DNA of 64,000 nucleotides from an uncultured Planctomycetota bacterium (GTDB lineage Bacteria; Planctomycetota; Planctomycetia; Gemmatales; Gemmataceae): NCBI GenBank assembly GCA_963849325.1, contig CAWKHF010000006.1, positions 544,001 to 608,000 of the forward strand, read 5' to 3'. Shown piece by piece: positions 53,074 to 64,000 of this stretch (position 1 is its first letter; each line of letters starts with the position of its first letter). The notes under the pieces were generated by a model. It saw only the letters and a program-made list of their open reading frames with translations, ran no database searches and was not told where the DNA came from. The position numbers and the translations under genes were made by a program.

Positions 53074-53128
53074 GAGAAAGGTGTCAGGAACCTTTTAAGG
53101 TCTTAAAAGGTTCCTGACACCTTTTCTC
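53074..53128. repeat. Long palindrome GGTGTCAGGAACCTTTTAAG/CTTAAAAGGTTCCTGACACC, copy A, followed by TTTTCTCTTCCC tandem repeats to ~53180
   Basis: Direct reading; second copy at 59229-59282. Confidence 0.9.
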
Positions 53129-53203
53129 TTCCCTTTTCTCTTCCTTTTCTCTTCCCTTTTCTCTTCCCTTTTCTCTTCTTCGGATCAGGACTGGTAGAAG
53201 TTA

Positions 53204-54712
53204 TCACGGACGCAGAGGCTTCTTGTTCTCGGCCTTCTTCATCCTCGCCGCGGTCGGAACGCGCAGGGAGGGGGCAAGACGAGCGCATTCTTCCAGATCC
53301 CGCTTGGCCTCTTCTGCCTTGCCCAATGCGGACAAAGCCACGGCTCGATCTGCATAAGCCAGCACATCCGAGGGATAATGCTGTACTGCTTCCGTTAACT
53401 CGGCGATAGCATCGTTCCATCGCCCTTGCATCAGATAGCAATGCCCCCGCAGCGAGAGCAGGCCGGTGGTATCGCTCTGCCCTTGGCTTAATTCCTTGAG
53501 TTCGTGGAGTGCCTGGTCCACTTCACCGAGACTCGCCGAGGCCCATGCATGTAACTGGCGAGCGAAGGTGTCTTTCGGGTCTAACTGAAGCGCTGCCTTG
53601 GCATCCGCCAAGGCTTCTCGATACTTGCCTAACCATATATTGACATGAGCCCGGCAAGTAATCGCCTCAGGATATTTGGGATCTAACTCGAGACATCGGC
53701 AGAGGTGACTGACTGCCTCGTTCGTATCCTTCCCCGCTATCCATTTGCCTAGCAAAAAGTGAGCTGTGGTCAACCGAGGGTTCAGTTCGATAGCCTTTCG
53801 CAGATCGGCGATCGCCTCCTCCAAAGTCCCCGCGATGAACTTGACGTTGGCGTACAACAGTGTTTCCCCTGCGGTGTGGGGACGTTGCTTGGAGACCTCT
53901 TCGAGTGTAAATTCCCGGTAGGGTTCGTGGAATCGGTACAGTTCCAGGCATGTTCGTTTGAATCTACGCCAATTTCCCTCCGCCAGTTGCAACGCCTGTT
54001 CAGATCGGCGCACGGCCTCATCCCAGTGACCGGCCTCCGCGTGGGCCGCCGCGAGTCTACTCAACGAGGGATACTCCTCGCGTCCCACCTGCTTACAATC
54101 CTCGCGAGCATACTCGACCGCACGTTGGCCGTCTCGAATCGCTGTCTCCGGACATGTCGCTAGTAGCTGCGCCAGGGCAGCCGCGGTGGGATTCTTGCCA
54201 CCCCGTTCGTAGGCGCGTTCGAGGTCCGCCCGCTCTTTGGCATACTGGTGTAGACCTCGGTAGATTCGAGCCCGGTTGTAATAGCATGCTGGATTGTCCG
54301 GCTCTATCCGAATGCCCTCGGTGAAATCGGCGAGGGCGGTCTCCCAGTCCCCCCGTAGTGAATACACGGCTCCTCGGTTGGCATAAACGGTGTATCGTCG
54401 GGAGCCGCGCTGGATCGCCCGGGTGTAGGCATCAATGGCCCGATCACCATCTCCTAGCTTTACACAGGCATGACCCAGCAGTTCATGGAGGTCGGGGTCG
54501 GACGGGTCAGACCGCAAGGCCGTCTCTAGCACGGAACGGGCCTCCCGATATTCGCCATGCCGCATGAGCTCCGCCCCTCGCCCATAAGCTGCCCGCGCGC
54601 CCCCCAGGAAACCTACTATCGTCTGCTGAGCAAAGCCGCATTTGGTCAGCGATAAGACGATGAGGGCCAGCAGGAAAGCGTTCCCCAGACGGTGCATGAT
54701 CCTCCTCCCCAA
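53204..54712 (-). CDS. Exported TPR protein (downstream of RHS copy 2)
   Basis: Signal peptide; many TPR units (YANRGAVY...ALADFTEGIRIEP). Confidence 0.88.
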   Translation of the reverse strand: MGRRIMHRLGNAFLLALIVLSLTKCGFAQQTIVGFLGGARAAYGRGAELMRHGEYREARSVLETALRSDPSDPDLHELLGHACVKLGDGDRAIDAYTRAIQRGSRRYTVYANRGAVYSLRGDWETALADFTEGIRIEPDNPACYYNRARIYRGLHQYAKERADLERAYERGGKNPTAAALAQLLATCPETAIRDGQRAVEYAREDCKQVGREEYPSLSRLAAAHAEAGHWDEAVRRSEQALQLAEGNWRRFKRTCLELYRFHEPYREFTLEEVSKQRPHTAGETLLYANVKFIAGTLEEAIADLRKAIELNPRLTTAHFLLGKWIAGKDTNEAVSHLCRCLELDPKYPEAITCRAHVNIWLGKYREALADAKAALQLDPKDTFARQLHAWASASLGEVDQALHELKELSQGQSDTTGLLSLRGHCYLMQGRWNDAIAELTEAVQHYPSDVLAYADRAVALSALGKAEEAKRDLEECARLAPSLRVPTAARMKKAENKKPLRP

Positions 54713-54854
54713 GAAAGGACTTTTTGGGCCATTCTCCTACGAGGGGCGATGTAGCGAATGTCCCTTCCGTGCGTCAAGACCTAATGCCAAGTCTCCAGGC
54801 CAGTACTCGCCAGGCATCAGCTTGACCGTCGAGCACTGTTGCGAGTTAGGTCCA

Positions 54855-57800
54855 TCAACGCCGATTGGATCCTCGTCCCCGCCACCAAACCCCGCCTCCG
54901 CCAAACTGGCAGCCAAGCCCGAAGTAGCCGCTGCCTTCCTTCTTCGTGGATCCTCCGATTGGGGATCCCTGATAAAATCCCCCCACGTTTGTACCAGGAA
55001 GCGAGTAGATACTGCCGGGTGGATACATGCCTGGCGGCAACGCCCCTGAAAGAGTAGGGCTGGTAGGCGGCTGCGGAGGCTCCCCCACAGTGATTGGCCG
55101 AGATCCTGAGGGAGGGTAATTCGGCCATGCCGTCCCACCGTATCTATGCGGCGCATAGCCTCCCTGCAGAGGGTTCGGTCCCACATAGCCATTGAACGCA
55201 CGAGGTGGCTCTGGGGTCAGTTTCCGAGGCGGACCCAAAATGACCGAGGTCGTGCCGGGCGGACTTTCTGTCTCGCACGCCGTCCATTGGACCCTCTGAA
55301 TGACCGTGATCTTGTTGCGCGGCAGCGAGGGAGGTAGCGCGGTAACCCTTGCGATGGGAATCTGGATCACAGGCGGCGTGGTGCCAAGGACGCCGATCAT
55401 GGTGCTAGGAGGAACAAATCGAACTCCACCCACGTCAATCACGACATGGCCGATGAGGACGGCTGTTGGGTCGCCGAAATCGAACTGTCTGGGCGGTTGG
55501 GGTTGCGGTTTCGGACCCACCCGCCTCCAGTTCGGGGGGAGAGGCGACAATCCCAGTGGATCGAGCGCATCCGTCGGTCCATTGTCCTCCCAGCGGTAGA
55601 CGTTGTTGCCAGGTATCAACCCCAGCGGATCCACTTGCAGCGGCCGCATCAGTGTAGGCGACACGACGCGGCCGGAGAAGGTGGAATACAGGCCCACTGT
55701 CGATTCGTAACGCATCCCCTGCCACAAGTACGGCATAGCGTAGACGCTGCTGTCCCGTACCGAGAAATCCGGGTTCAATACCGTCACCGCACCGAAGGGG
55801 CTATAAGCGTAGCGCTCGACCACGTTACCGCCGACATCGACCAGTGTCGTCACGTTCCAGTTGGCGTCCTGTTGCACGTACAGGTGCTGATCCAAAACGC
55901 CGTTGCCCTGGCTCGATTGGTCGCGCAGCACCAAGGCGTTGACGTACACTGGACTCCACACGTTGCGTGCCTCCACCGCGCCGCCGACACGTTCCTCCAA
56001 CACCTGCCCCGCCGACGACAGGTACAGGTCGGTCGTCGTGCCGCCGTGCGTCTCCGTGATGCGGCGGCCTAAGCCGTCATAGCCATAAGCGGCGACCGTC
56101 GTACCGTTGTTTTGCACGGCCACCAACTGGTTCCAGGCATCGTAGACATAGGTGTTGCCGCTGCCGTCCGCCGTCAGATTGCCGTTGGCATCATACGTCA
56201 CCGCTCCCGCACCCGAAATCGACGTGACCTCGTTCTGCTGGTTGAACGTCTCCGTCTGCGTCACGCCGTTGGTCGTCGTGCTGGTGAAGTTACCCAGCGC
56301 ATCGAGAGACCAACTCTGACTCGCCGATGGCGTACCCACTATCGCCGTATTCGTGGAATTCAACGTGCCTTGCTGGTAGCTGATGAGTTCGTTCAGATCG
56401 TTGTACTGGTACAACTGGCTCATCACCGCATCGACGAGGTTCTGCTTATACAGCACGTCGCCGTCCGCGTCGTAGCCGTACTGGAAATCATCCGTCGATT
56501 GCTGCGTCGCCGTGTCGTACCAATTCTGACTGACTATCCTCCCAAAACGGTCCAAACCCACATAGCGGTCGCCCGCATCGCCCGTCTGCGACTGGTTCGG
56601 CTGGGCTATGAACGTCTGGTTGACGTTGGTCTGCGGATGGTCGCGCTCGACCACCGTGTCCAGGCCCAGGTACTTGTAGCTCTCCAGCGTGCCCGTACCG
56701 TCCGACAGCGACGACAGGCGGCTGATGTTGCTGCCCAACCCGGTGGCGTAGTTGTAGTAGACGACATAGCCGCTGGGGTAGACCAACTGCGTCAGTCGGC
56801 TGTTGTTCTGGCCGCCGGACATCTCGGTGTAACCGTACTGCACCTCCGGCGTCGTGCCCGGCACCACGGCACCGCTGTGCGACTGATACTCGCCGGTCAA
56901 CTGGCCCAGGCCGTTGTACACGTCCTGAACCTGGTTGACGACATTGCCGCCCGTTGGCGCATCGTAGCTGGTGGTCAGGTAGTTGTTGCCCTGGCTGTCG
57001 TAAGCGTACTCGATACGACGCACGCGGCCATCGACGCCAGCGCCCAACGTCGTCACGGCGTCCGAGGTCAAGCGCCCCAGCACGTCGTAGGTGTACTGGT
57101 GGACGTTGCCATTGGGGTCGGTGTACTGCACGGTCTGACCCAGGGCGTTGACCAGGTAACTGTCCTGATCGCTGTTGCTGGGATTGCCCGTCGTCGGGTC
57201 GGGGTGCTGGATCGCCGACAGAATGTCATTGCTGTTGACGCCGCTGCCGCTGGCCGTCGTCACGCCGTAGACGTACTGCGTCTGCTGATAGGCGCCGCCC
57301 GGTTCGTCGGCACGCACATAGGTCACGTTGTTGTCGCCGTCGTAGCCATACTCGGTGACGATGTTGCTGTCGGCGGTCTCGGTGCCGTCGGTGTAGTCCT
57401 GGATCGTCTCGGTGGTGCGGCCCAGAGCGTCGTAGTAGGTGCGATTGACGATCCCCATCGGGTCGGTCACGTCCTGCACCAAACCCATCGAATTATACGC
57501 ATACGTCGTCACCAACGCCGTCGCCGACGACGGCGGCGGCGTGCTCGGCCGCGTCCAGGCCACGCCGCCGTTGGTGCCCATGTCTACGCTGGCAGTCAAG
57601 CGATCCGCATTGTCGTAATAAGCGGCGGCATAGTAGACGCGCGCTCCGATGCCGCTGGTTGGATCGCCCAAAGGCCCGGTGCCGGTGGCGTTGTCGAAAC
57701 GCTGACGGTCGATGGTCTCGATGGCATTGTCGTCGCCGTCGTAGACGGACTGCACTTGCTCCAGCACCGTGTCGTTGGTCACGCTGACGGCGTCCGCCCA

Positions 57801-59020
57801 GGTCGTGCCGCCCGCACCGTCGGTGGTGGAATCCATCACGTCCCGGCCGGCGCCATCAAACTGGCTCTTGGTCCACAGCCCGCCCGGATCGGACTCGGCG
57901 ATGAGGTCGCCGCGATGATCGTAGTAATCGTTGGTGGTCAACGCCGTGCTCGACACTGCACCCGTGCTCGGGTTCACGTCGTAAACCTGCGTCTGGTAGA
58001 CGCGGCCCTGGTCGTCGTAACTATCGACCTCTTGCGCCCGCAACAGCGACGGGTCCAACGCTTGCAAGACACCGTTGACGACCTGCGGCGTTACGCCGTC
58101 GCCGTCGTACTGCTGCGTCTCAATCGCTTCACCGAGATTGTCGTAGGTGGTGACGACGATGAGCCGATGGGTGCCGTCGTTCTCGCTGTCCTGCACGCCC
58201 GACTTGGTGGCCACCAGCCGGTCCCGCCAGTCGTACCACATCTGCGTGATGCGCTCCGCTTCGTCCAGGCCGGGATAGTCCGTCTCTTCCGTCAGGTTGC
58301 CGTCGTCGACGCCGCCGTTGTCGTACTGGTAGCTCGACACCATCACCATGTTCGACGTGCCGGTGTTGTTGTTCGGCGACCACTCGCCGTACTCCGGCGT
58401 GTCGTTGGTGCCGACCCAATCGCTGACGGGCTGGCCCAGGCTGTTGTACACCGTGCGATAGATGGTGCCGTTGGCCGTCTGCGTGCGCGTCAAGCGGCCG
58501 CCGCTGTCGTAGCTGTACTGCGTCTGGTAATAGTTGACGTTGAGCGTGCCCATCATGCCGGTGCTGTAAGCCAAGCCACCGAGGTTGAAGTAGTTGTCCT
58601 CGGCGATGACCTGGCCGGCGTCGTTGGTGTAGTCCCGAGTGAGACTTTGCAGACCGCTGATGGCTTCGCTGCCGTTGGGCGTGCCGTCGGGGTTGAGGTT
58701 GGGCGCCGCCGTCATGGTCAGCGTCTCGGTGTAGCCGTCGGCGGCGTCCTGGCGGATGACCTCCGTCGGTCCCGTCGGCGTGCCGGTGCTGGCGTTCCAG
58801 CCCGGATAGATGCGTTCTTCGTGCTGGGCGTCGAGGTAGACGTAGTAGGTGACGTTGCCATCCGGCGAGGCCTCTTTCGTGGTCCGTTCCTGGTCGTCCA
58901 CCTGATACTGCGTCACCAGGTTCAGGCCGCCGCCCGTCGGCGTGCTCCAACCCGTTGGCAAGTTCGTGAACTCGCTCGTGTCCGCCGTGTTCACGTCGGC
59001 AATCTGCATCAGCAGGGCAC
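54855..59020 (-). CDS. RHS/YD-repeat protein copy 2 with Pro-rich tip; native N-terminus replaced by antisense isomerase fragment
   Basis: YD repeats; RHS-associated core ending YRWEDNGPTDALDPLGL; variable low-GC tip. Confidence 0.88.
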
Positions 59021-59022
59021 CT

Positions 59023-59220
59023 GGCGGCGGTTCGCAGGGGTTGCATGACGTGGTCTGGGGCAGCGGCGACAGCCGCGCCGCCGAGATGCTGCGCGTGCTC
59101 AAGGCCAAGGGGTTCAAGGGACCGATCGCCATCGAGTACGAATGGAAGTGGGACATTCCCACGCTGCTCCAGTGCGTCGCGTTCTTCCACGAGCAGGCCA
59201 ACAAGCTCGCCGCCGAGTGA
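59023..59220 (+). pseudogene. 3' fragment of a sugar-phosphate isomerase/epimerase gene, copy B
   Basis: Nearly identical to 52870-53066. Confidence 0.7.
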
Positions 59221-59228
59221 GCCGCTCC

Positions 59229-59282
59229 GAGAACGGTGTCAGGAACCTTTTAAGACCTTAAAAGGTTCCTGACACCGTTCTC
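59229..59282. repeat. Long perfect palindrome, copy B (26-bp arms)
   Basis: GAGAACGGTGTCAGGAACCTTTTAAG-AC-CTTAAAAGGTTCCTGACACCGTTCTC. Confidence 0.9.
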
Positions 59283-59325
59283 TTTCTTTTCTCTTTCCTT
59301 ACTGACAACTTTTCCTCCCTTCTTT

Positions 59326-60093
59326 TTATTTTCGTGGCCGGAGATACAAATCGAGTGTTGAAAAATCAATGATGGCTCGGTATTTCATCAAAACATCTGA
59401 ACCAAGCTCTCCATCAATCGGCGGATCGAAGTACGCCTTAAGGGTTCTATTAACATCTGACAAGTCGTGTCCCCCAACCAACATTTCGCCGCTCTTGATC
59501 CCCCCCACTTCCAGACTGCTAATCGTGGCGGCATAATCGGTGGTTGACGCAGCTCCGCGAGGCTTATTCTTTTCCTCTTCCTTGCCCACAGCTTTCCATT
59601 TTAGCTGTAGATGCTTCGTCCGCTCAGGATCCAAGTGAGTCACCGGCTGCCCGCTATCCAGAATGAGGTGTACTTTCTTTTCATTAATCTGCATCCGAAT
59701 CCCAATATATCCGCAGTTGAATTTTTCGAGAAGAATCTTTTCGTACCCGTACTCCTTCAAAAGTGTGGAGATCTCCCTCGGTCGTTCATTTCTCCATAGG
59801 CCTGCCAGATTATAAGGAGCGGTCTTCAGCCATAACTGAGATGCCTCCTTTTCCGAATCGATTTTCAAGATTGGAAGCCAGATAGCATTCCCATTATCCT
59901 GCCTGCGGAGCATCCACGTCTTCCCATGATGCGGATCAAGCATCAGTGCGCAGTCCCCAGCATGCTGTACAATGTACCTCGTATTCGAATTCTCAGGTTT
60001 CGGGGAGACATCCTGAGATCGCAGTGCAAGGAGCCAACTCCCGAAGGCGAGGGATACGATCACCACAATGAGAGACACTCGTTGACAAGACAT
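59326..60093 (-). CDS. Exported retropepsin-like aspartyl protease (downstream of RHS copy 1)
   Basis: N-terminal hydrophobic segment; LILDSG and IDGELGSDVL...IIDF motifs; low GC. Confidence 0.78.
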   Translation of the reverse strand: MSCQRVSLIVVIVSLAFGSWLLALRSQDVSPKPENSNTRYIVQHAGDCALMLDPHHGKTWMLRRQDNGNAIWLPILKIDSEKEASQLWLKTAPYNLAGLWRNERPREISTLLKEYGYEKILLEKFNCGYIGIRMQINEKKVHLILDSGQPVTHLDPERTKHLQLKWKAVGKEEEKNKPRGAASTTDYAATISSLEVGGIKSGEMLVGGHDLSDVNRTLKAYFDPPIDGELGSDVLMKYRAIIDFSTLDLYLRPRK

Positions 60094-60157
60094 CTTAGAT
60101 CTCCAATGCTAACTTCTCGAAACAGAAAGACGCCTTTTTACAACCCCAAAGGGTGGC

Positions 60158-63100
60158 TTATATGATAATTGGCGGCGGGTTCGGCGGCGGCGGCGGTGGT
60201 GGTATCGGTGGCCACCCACGAGGGAGAATCGGAGGTAACGGTGGAATGCATCCCGGAGGGATACGCGGGATAGGGAATGCACGTGGATTAGGAATAGGCA
60301 GCAAAGGGAATGGCGGAACAGGTAACCAGATCCAATTTGGTGGGGGTGGTACGGGCCGCAGTGGGACAGGCCTCGCCCCTGGTGGTAGAAATCCTCTCCC
60401 TATTCGTCCGCCAATCCCTCCTGGCATACCTGGCGGTAACGGTATTGGCCGTCCAGGTAAATTCCTCCCTGGTGCTGGACGAGGGGGTGGCGGCGGCGTG
60501 ACCTCACCACCTGGCCCCGGCGGCACATTATAATAGGCGTCTGACAGAGCTCCCGCCTCATATGGGCGGATCGACGACTGTCCATCTAGGCCTGTCGAGT
60601 CCACCATATCCATCGGCCTATTATTCTCCCAGCGGTAGTAGTCGTTGTCTGGCCCCAACCCCGCGTAGTCTGGCTGCAACGCCCGCATCAACGCCGGCGA
60701 CACCGGGCGGGTGAGCGTGAGATATAGCCCAGCGTAACTATCGATGCGCATGTCCTGGGAGCCGTAGGGCACGGCGAAGGCGCTTATGCCGCGCAGCGTC
60801 CCATCGGGGTTGAGCACCGTCACGGCCCCGAAAGGATCATCGGCGTAACGCTCCAGCACGTTGCCAGTGCCATCGACCAGCGCCGTCACGTTCCAGTTGG
60901 TGTCCTGCTGCACATACAGCCGTTGGTCCAGGACGCCGTTGTCCTGGCTCGACTGGTCGCGCAGCACCAGGGCATTGACGTACACCGGACTCCACACGTT
61001 GCGCCGCCTGTACCACGCCGCTGACACGCTCCTCCAGCACCTGTCCCGCCGCCGACAGGTATAGGTCCGTCGTCGTGCTGCCATGCGTTTCCGTGATGCG
61101 ACGGCCCAAGCCGTCATAGCCATAGGCAGCCACCGTCGTGCCGTTATTCTGCACCGCCACCAGGCGGTTCCATGCATCGTAGACGTAGGTATTGCCGCTG
61201 CCGTCCGCCGTCAGATTGCCATTGGCGTCATACGTCACCGCACTCGAACCCGAGATGGACGTGATCTCGTTCTGCTGATTGGTCGTCCGCGTCTGCGTCG
61301 CGCCGTTGGTGGTCACGCTGGTGAAATTGCCCAACGCATCAGGAGACCAACTCTGGCTCGCCGATGGCGTACCCACCATCGCCGTATCTGACGCATTCAA
61401 CGTGCCACGCTGGAAGTTGATGAGCTGGTGCAGGTCGTCATAGCCGTACAGCTCACTCATCACGGCATCGACGAGGTTTTGCTTGTACAGCACGTCACCA
61501 TCGGCGTTGTAGCCATAGCCGAAGTTGTCGGTCGATTGCTGCGTCGCCGTGTCGTACCAATTCTGACTGGCCACTCGCCCGAAACGGTCCAGACCGACGT
61601 ACCGGTCGCCCGCATCTCCCGTCTGTGACTGGTTCGGCTGGGCAATGAACGTCTGGTTGACGTGGTTCTGCGGGTGGTCGCGCTCGACCACCGTGTCCAG
61701 GCCCAGGTACTTGTAGCTCTCCAGCGTGCCGCTGCCGTCCGACAGCGACGACAGCCGACTGATGCTGCTGTCCAGGCCCGTGTTGTAATTGTAGTTGACG
61801 GCGTAGCCGCTGGGATAGACCAACTGTGTCGGCCGGCTGTTATTCTGACCGCCGGACATCTCCGTGTAGCCGTACTGCACCACCGGCGTGGTGTTGAAGT
61901 TGACCGGGCCGTTGTGCGACTGATACTCGGCCGTCAGCTGCCCCAGGCCGTTGTAGGTCCGCTGCACCTGATTGACGATGTTGCCACCCGTCGCCGCGTC
62001 GTAGCTGGTGATGAGATAGTTGTTGCCCTGGCTGTCGTAGCCGTACTCAATGCGGCGTACCGAACCATCCACGCTGGTGCCCAGGGTCGTCACGGCGTCG
62101 CTGGTCAGCCGGCCCAGCACGTCATAGGCGTACTGGTGGACGTTGCCGTTACGGTCGGTGGACTGTACCACCTCTCCCAGCGCGTTGACCAGGTAGCTGT
62201 CTTGCTGGCTGCTGCTGGGAGTGCCGGTCGTTGGATCGGGATGCTGGATCGCCGACAGAATGTCGTTGCTGTTGACGCCACTGCCGCTGGCGGTGGTCAC
62301 GCCGTAGACGTATTGCGTCTGCTGATAGGCGCCGCCCGGTTCGTCGGCACGCACATAGGTCACATTGTTGTCGCCGTCGTAGCCGTACTCGGTGGCGATG
62401 TTGCTGTCGGCGGTCTCGGTGCCATCGGTGTAGTCCTGGATCGTCTTCGTGGTGCGGCCCAGGTTGTCGTACAGCGTGCGCGTGACGAGGCCCATCGGGT
62501 CGGTCACGTCTTGCACCAGACCCATGCCATTATAGGCATACGTCGTCACCAACGCCGTCGCCGACGCGGCCGGCGGCGTATCCGGCCGCGTCCAGACCGT
62601 GCCGCCGTTGGTGCCCACGTCCACGTCCGCCGTGATACGATCCGCTGCATCGTAGTAGGCCGCCGCATAGTACACGCGCGCACCAATGCCGCTCGTCGGA
62701 TTGCCCAATGGCCCCGTGCCCGTGGCATTGTCGAAACGCTGGCTGTCAATCGTCTCGATGGCGTTACCGTCGCCGTCGTAAACCGTCTGCTGTTGCTCCA
62801 GCACCGTATCGTTGGCCACGCTGCCTGCCGCCGACCAACTCGTGCCGCCCGCACCGTCGGTGGTGGAGTCCATCACGTCGCGGCCGACGCCGTCGAACTG
62901 GCTCTTGGTCCACAAGCCGCCCGGAGCGGACTCCGCCAGCAAATTGCCGCGATGGTCGAAGTAATAATTCGTTGCCAGGGCCGTGCTGGATACAGCCCCC
63001 GTGCTCGGGTTCACGTCGAAGACTTGCGTCTGATAGACGCGGCCCTGATCGTCGTAACTATCGACCTCCTGCGTCCGCAGCAGATTGGACGCCAACGCTT

Positions 63101-64000
63101 GCAGCACACCGTTGACGATCTGCGGCGTCACGCCGTCACCATCGTACTGCTGGGTCTGGATCGCCTCCCCGAGATTGTCGTAGGTGGTGACGACGATGGG
63201 TCGATGCGTGCCGTCGTTTTCGCTGGCCTGCACGCCCGATTTGGTGGCGACGACGCGATCGCGCCAGTCGTACCACATCTGGGTAACGCGGTCGGCCTGG
63301 CCCAGTCCCGGCGAGTCGGTCTCCTGCGTCAGGTTGCCGTCGCCGACGCCGCCGTTGTCGTACTGGTAGCTCGACACCATCACCATGTTCGACGTGCCGG
63401 TGTTGTTGTTCGGCGACCATTCGCCGTACTGCGGCGTGTCGTTGGTGCCGACCCAATCGCTGACGGCCTCGCCCAGACTGTTGTACACCGTGCGGTAGAT
63501 GGTGCCGTTGGCCGTCTGCGTTCGATCGAGACGACCGCCGCTGTCGTAGCCGTACTGCGTCTGGTAATAGTTGACGTTGAGCGTGCCCATCACGCCGGTG
63601 CTGTAAGCCAGGCCGCCCAGGTTGAAGTAGTCGTCCTCGGTGATGACCTGACCGGCGTCGTTGGTGTAGTCCCGAGTGAGACTTTGCAGACCGCTAATGC
63701 CTTCGCTGCCGTTGGGCGTGCCGTCGGGGTTGAGGTTGGGCGCCGCCGTCATGGTCAGCGTCTCGGTGTAGCCGTCGGCGGCGTCCTGGCGGATGACCTC
63801 CGTCGGTCCCGTCGGCGTGCCGGTGCTGGCGTTCCAGCCTTGATAGATACGCTCCTCGTGCTGCGGGTCGAGGTAGACGTAGTAGGTGACGCTGCCGCCG
63901 GGCGACGTTTCCTTGATGGTGCGTCCCAACGCATCCACCTGGTCCGTCGTCACCAGGTTGAGGCCGCCGCCCGCCGGCGTGCTCCAACCCGTCGGCAGGT
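60158..64000 (-). CDS. RHS/YD-repeat protein copy 1 (5' end outside the window; frameshift near 61005) with Pro/Arg-rich tip
   Basis: YD repeats; core ends YRWENNRPMDMVDSTGL followed by a ~140-aa Pro-rich tail. Confidence 0.88.

Noticed and set aside
56112-59048. 978-aa + strand ORF opposite RHS copy 2
   Set aside because: Antisense shadow of the RHS frame.
59020-59204. MLACSWKNATHW... as the true N-terminus of the RHS proteins (also 52868-53050)
   Set aside because: It is the reverse complement of the isomerase fragment and begins at a TTG with no evident ribosome-binding site.
60153-60533. Gly-rich + strand ORF
   Set aside because: Mirror of the Pro-rich RHS tip, which is continuous with the RHS core on the - strand.

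Overview
High-GC bacterial DNA with a strong Planctomycetota (Gemmataceae-like) signature: a TIGR02996 domain, a LExLEDR extracellular motif, a PQQ-like 'DWPQFRG' propeller and several families of palindromic repeats. Many conserved genes carry single-base frameshifts, most likely long-read consensus errors. Highlights: (1) 18.3-27.6 kb, a tightly coupled operon of ECF sigma factor, small unknown protein, ImmA/IrrE-type Zn metallopeptidase, NurA-like nuclease, HerA-like ATPase, SbcD/Mre11 and SbcC/Rad50. This is an archaeal-style double-strand-break resection module with its own candidate protease/ECF regulatory head. (2) 7.05-7.92 kb, an exported thioredoxin-like protein with an in-frame UGA whose context resembles eukaryotic selenoprotein N. 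(3) 9.5-11.9 kb, a HEPN-like plus BolA-like gene pair; the HEPN gene is interrupted by an ISH3-type IS and two nested MITEs, and its frame is restored when they are removed. (4) 47.9-64 kb, a tandem array of three long RHS/YD cores with Pro-rich tips. Two cores are capped by the same antisense sugar-isomerase fragment and a long palindrome. Also present: tRNA-Val(TAC) with a small decayed island, iscA/iscS, a HicB-like/VapC pair, four IS elements and many MITE/REP-like elements. All family calls are from motif recognition only, not database searches.
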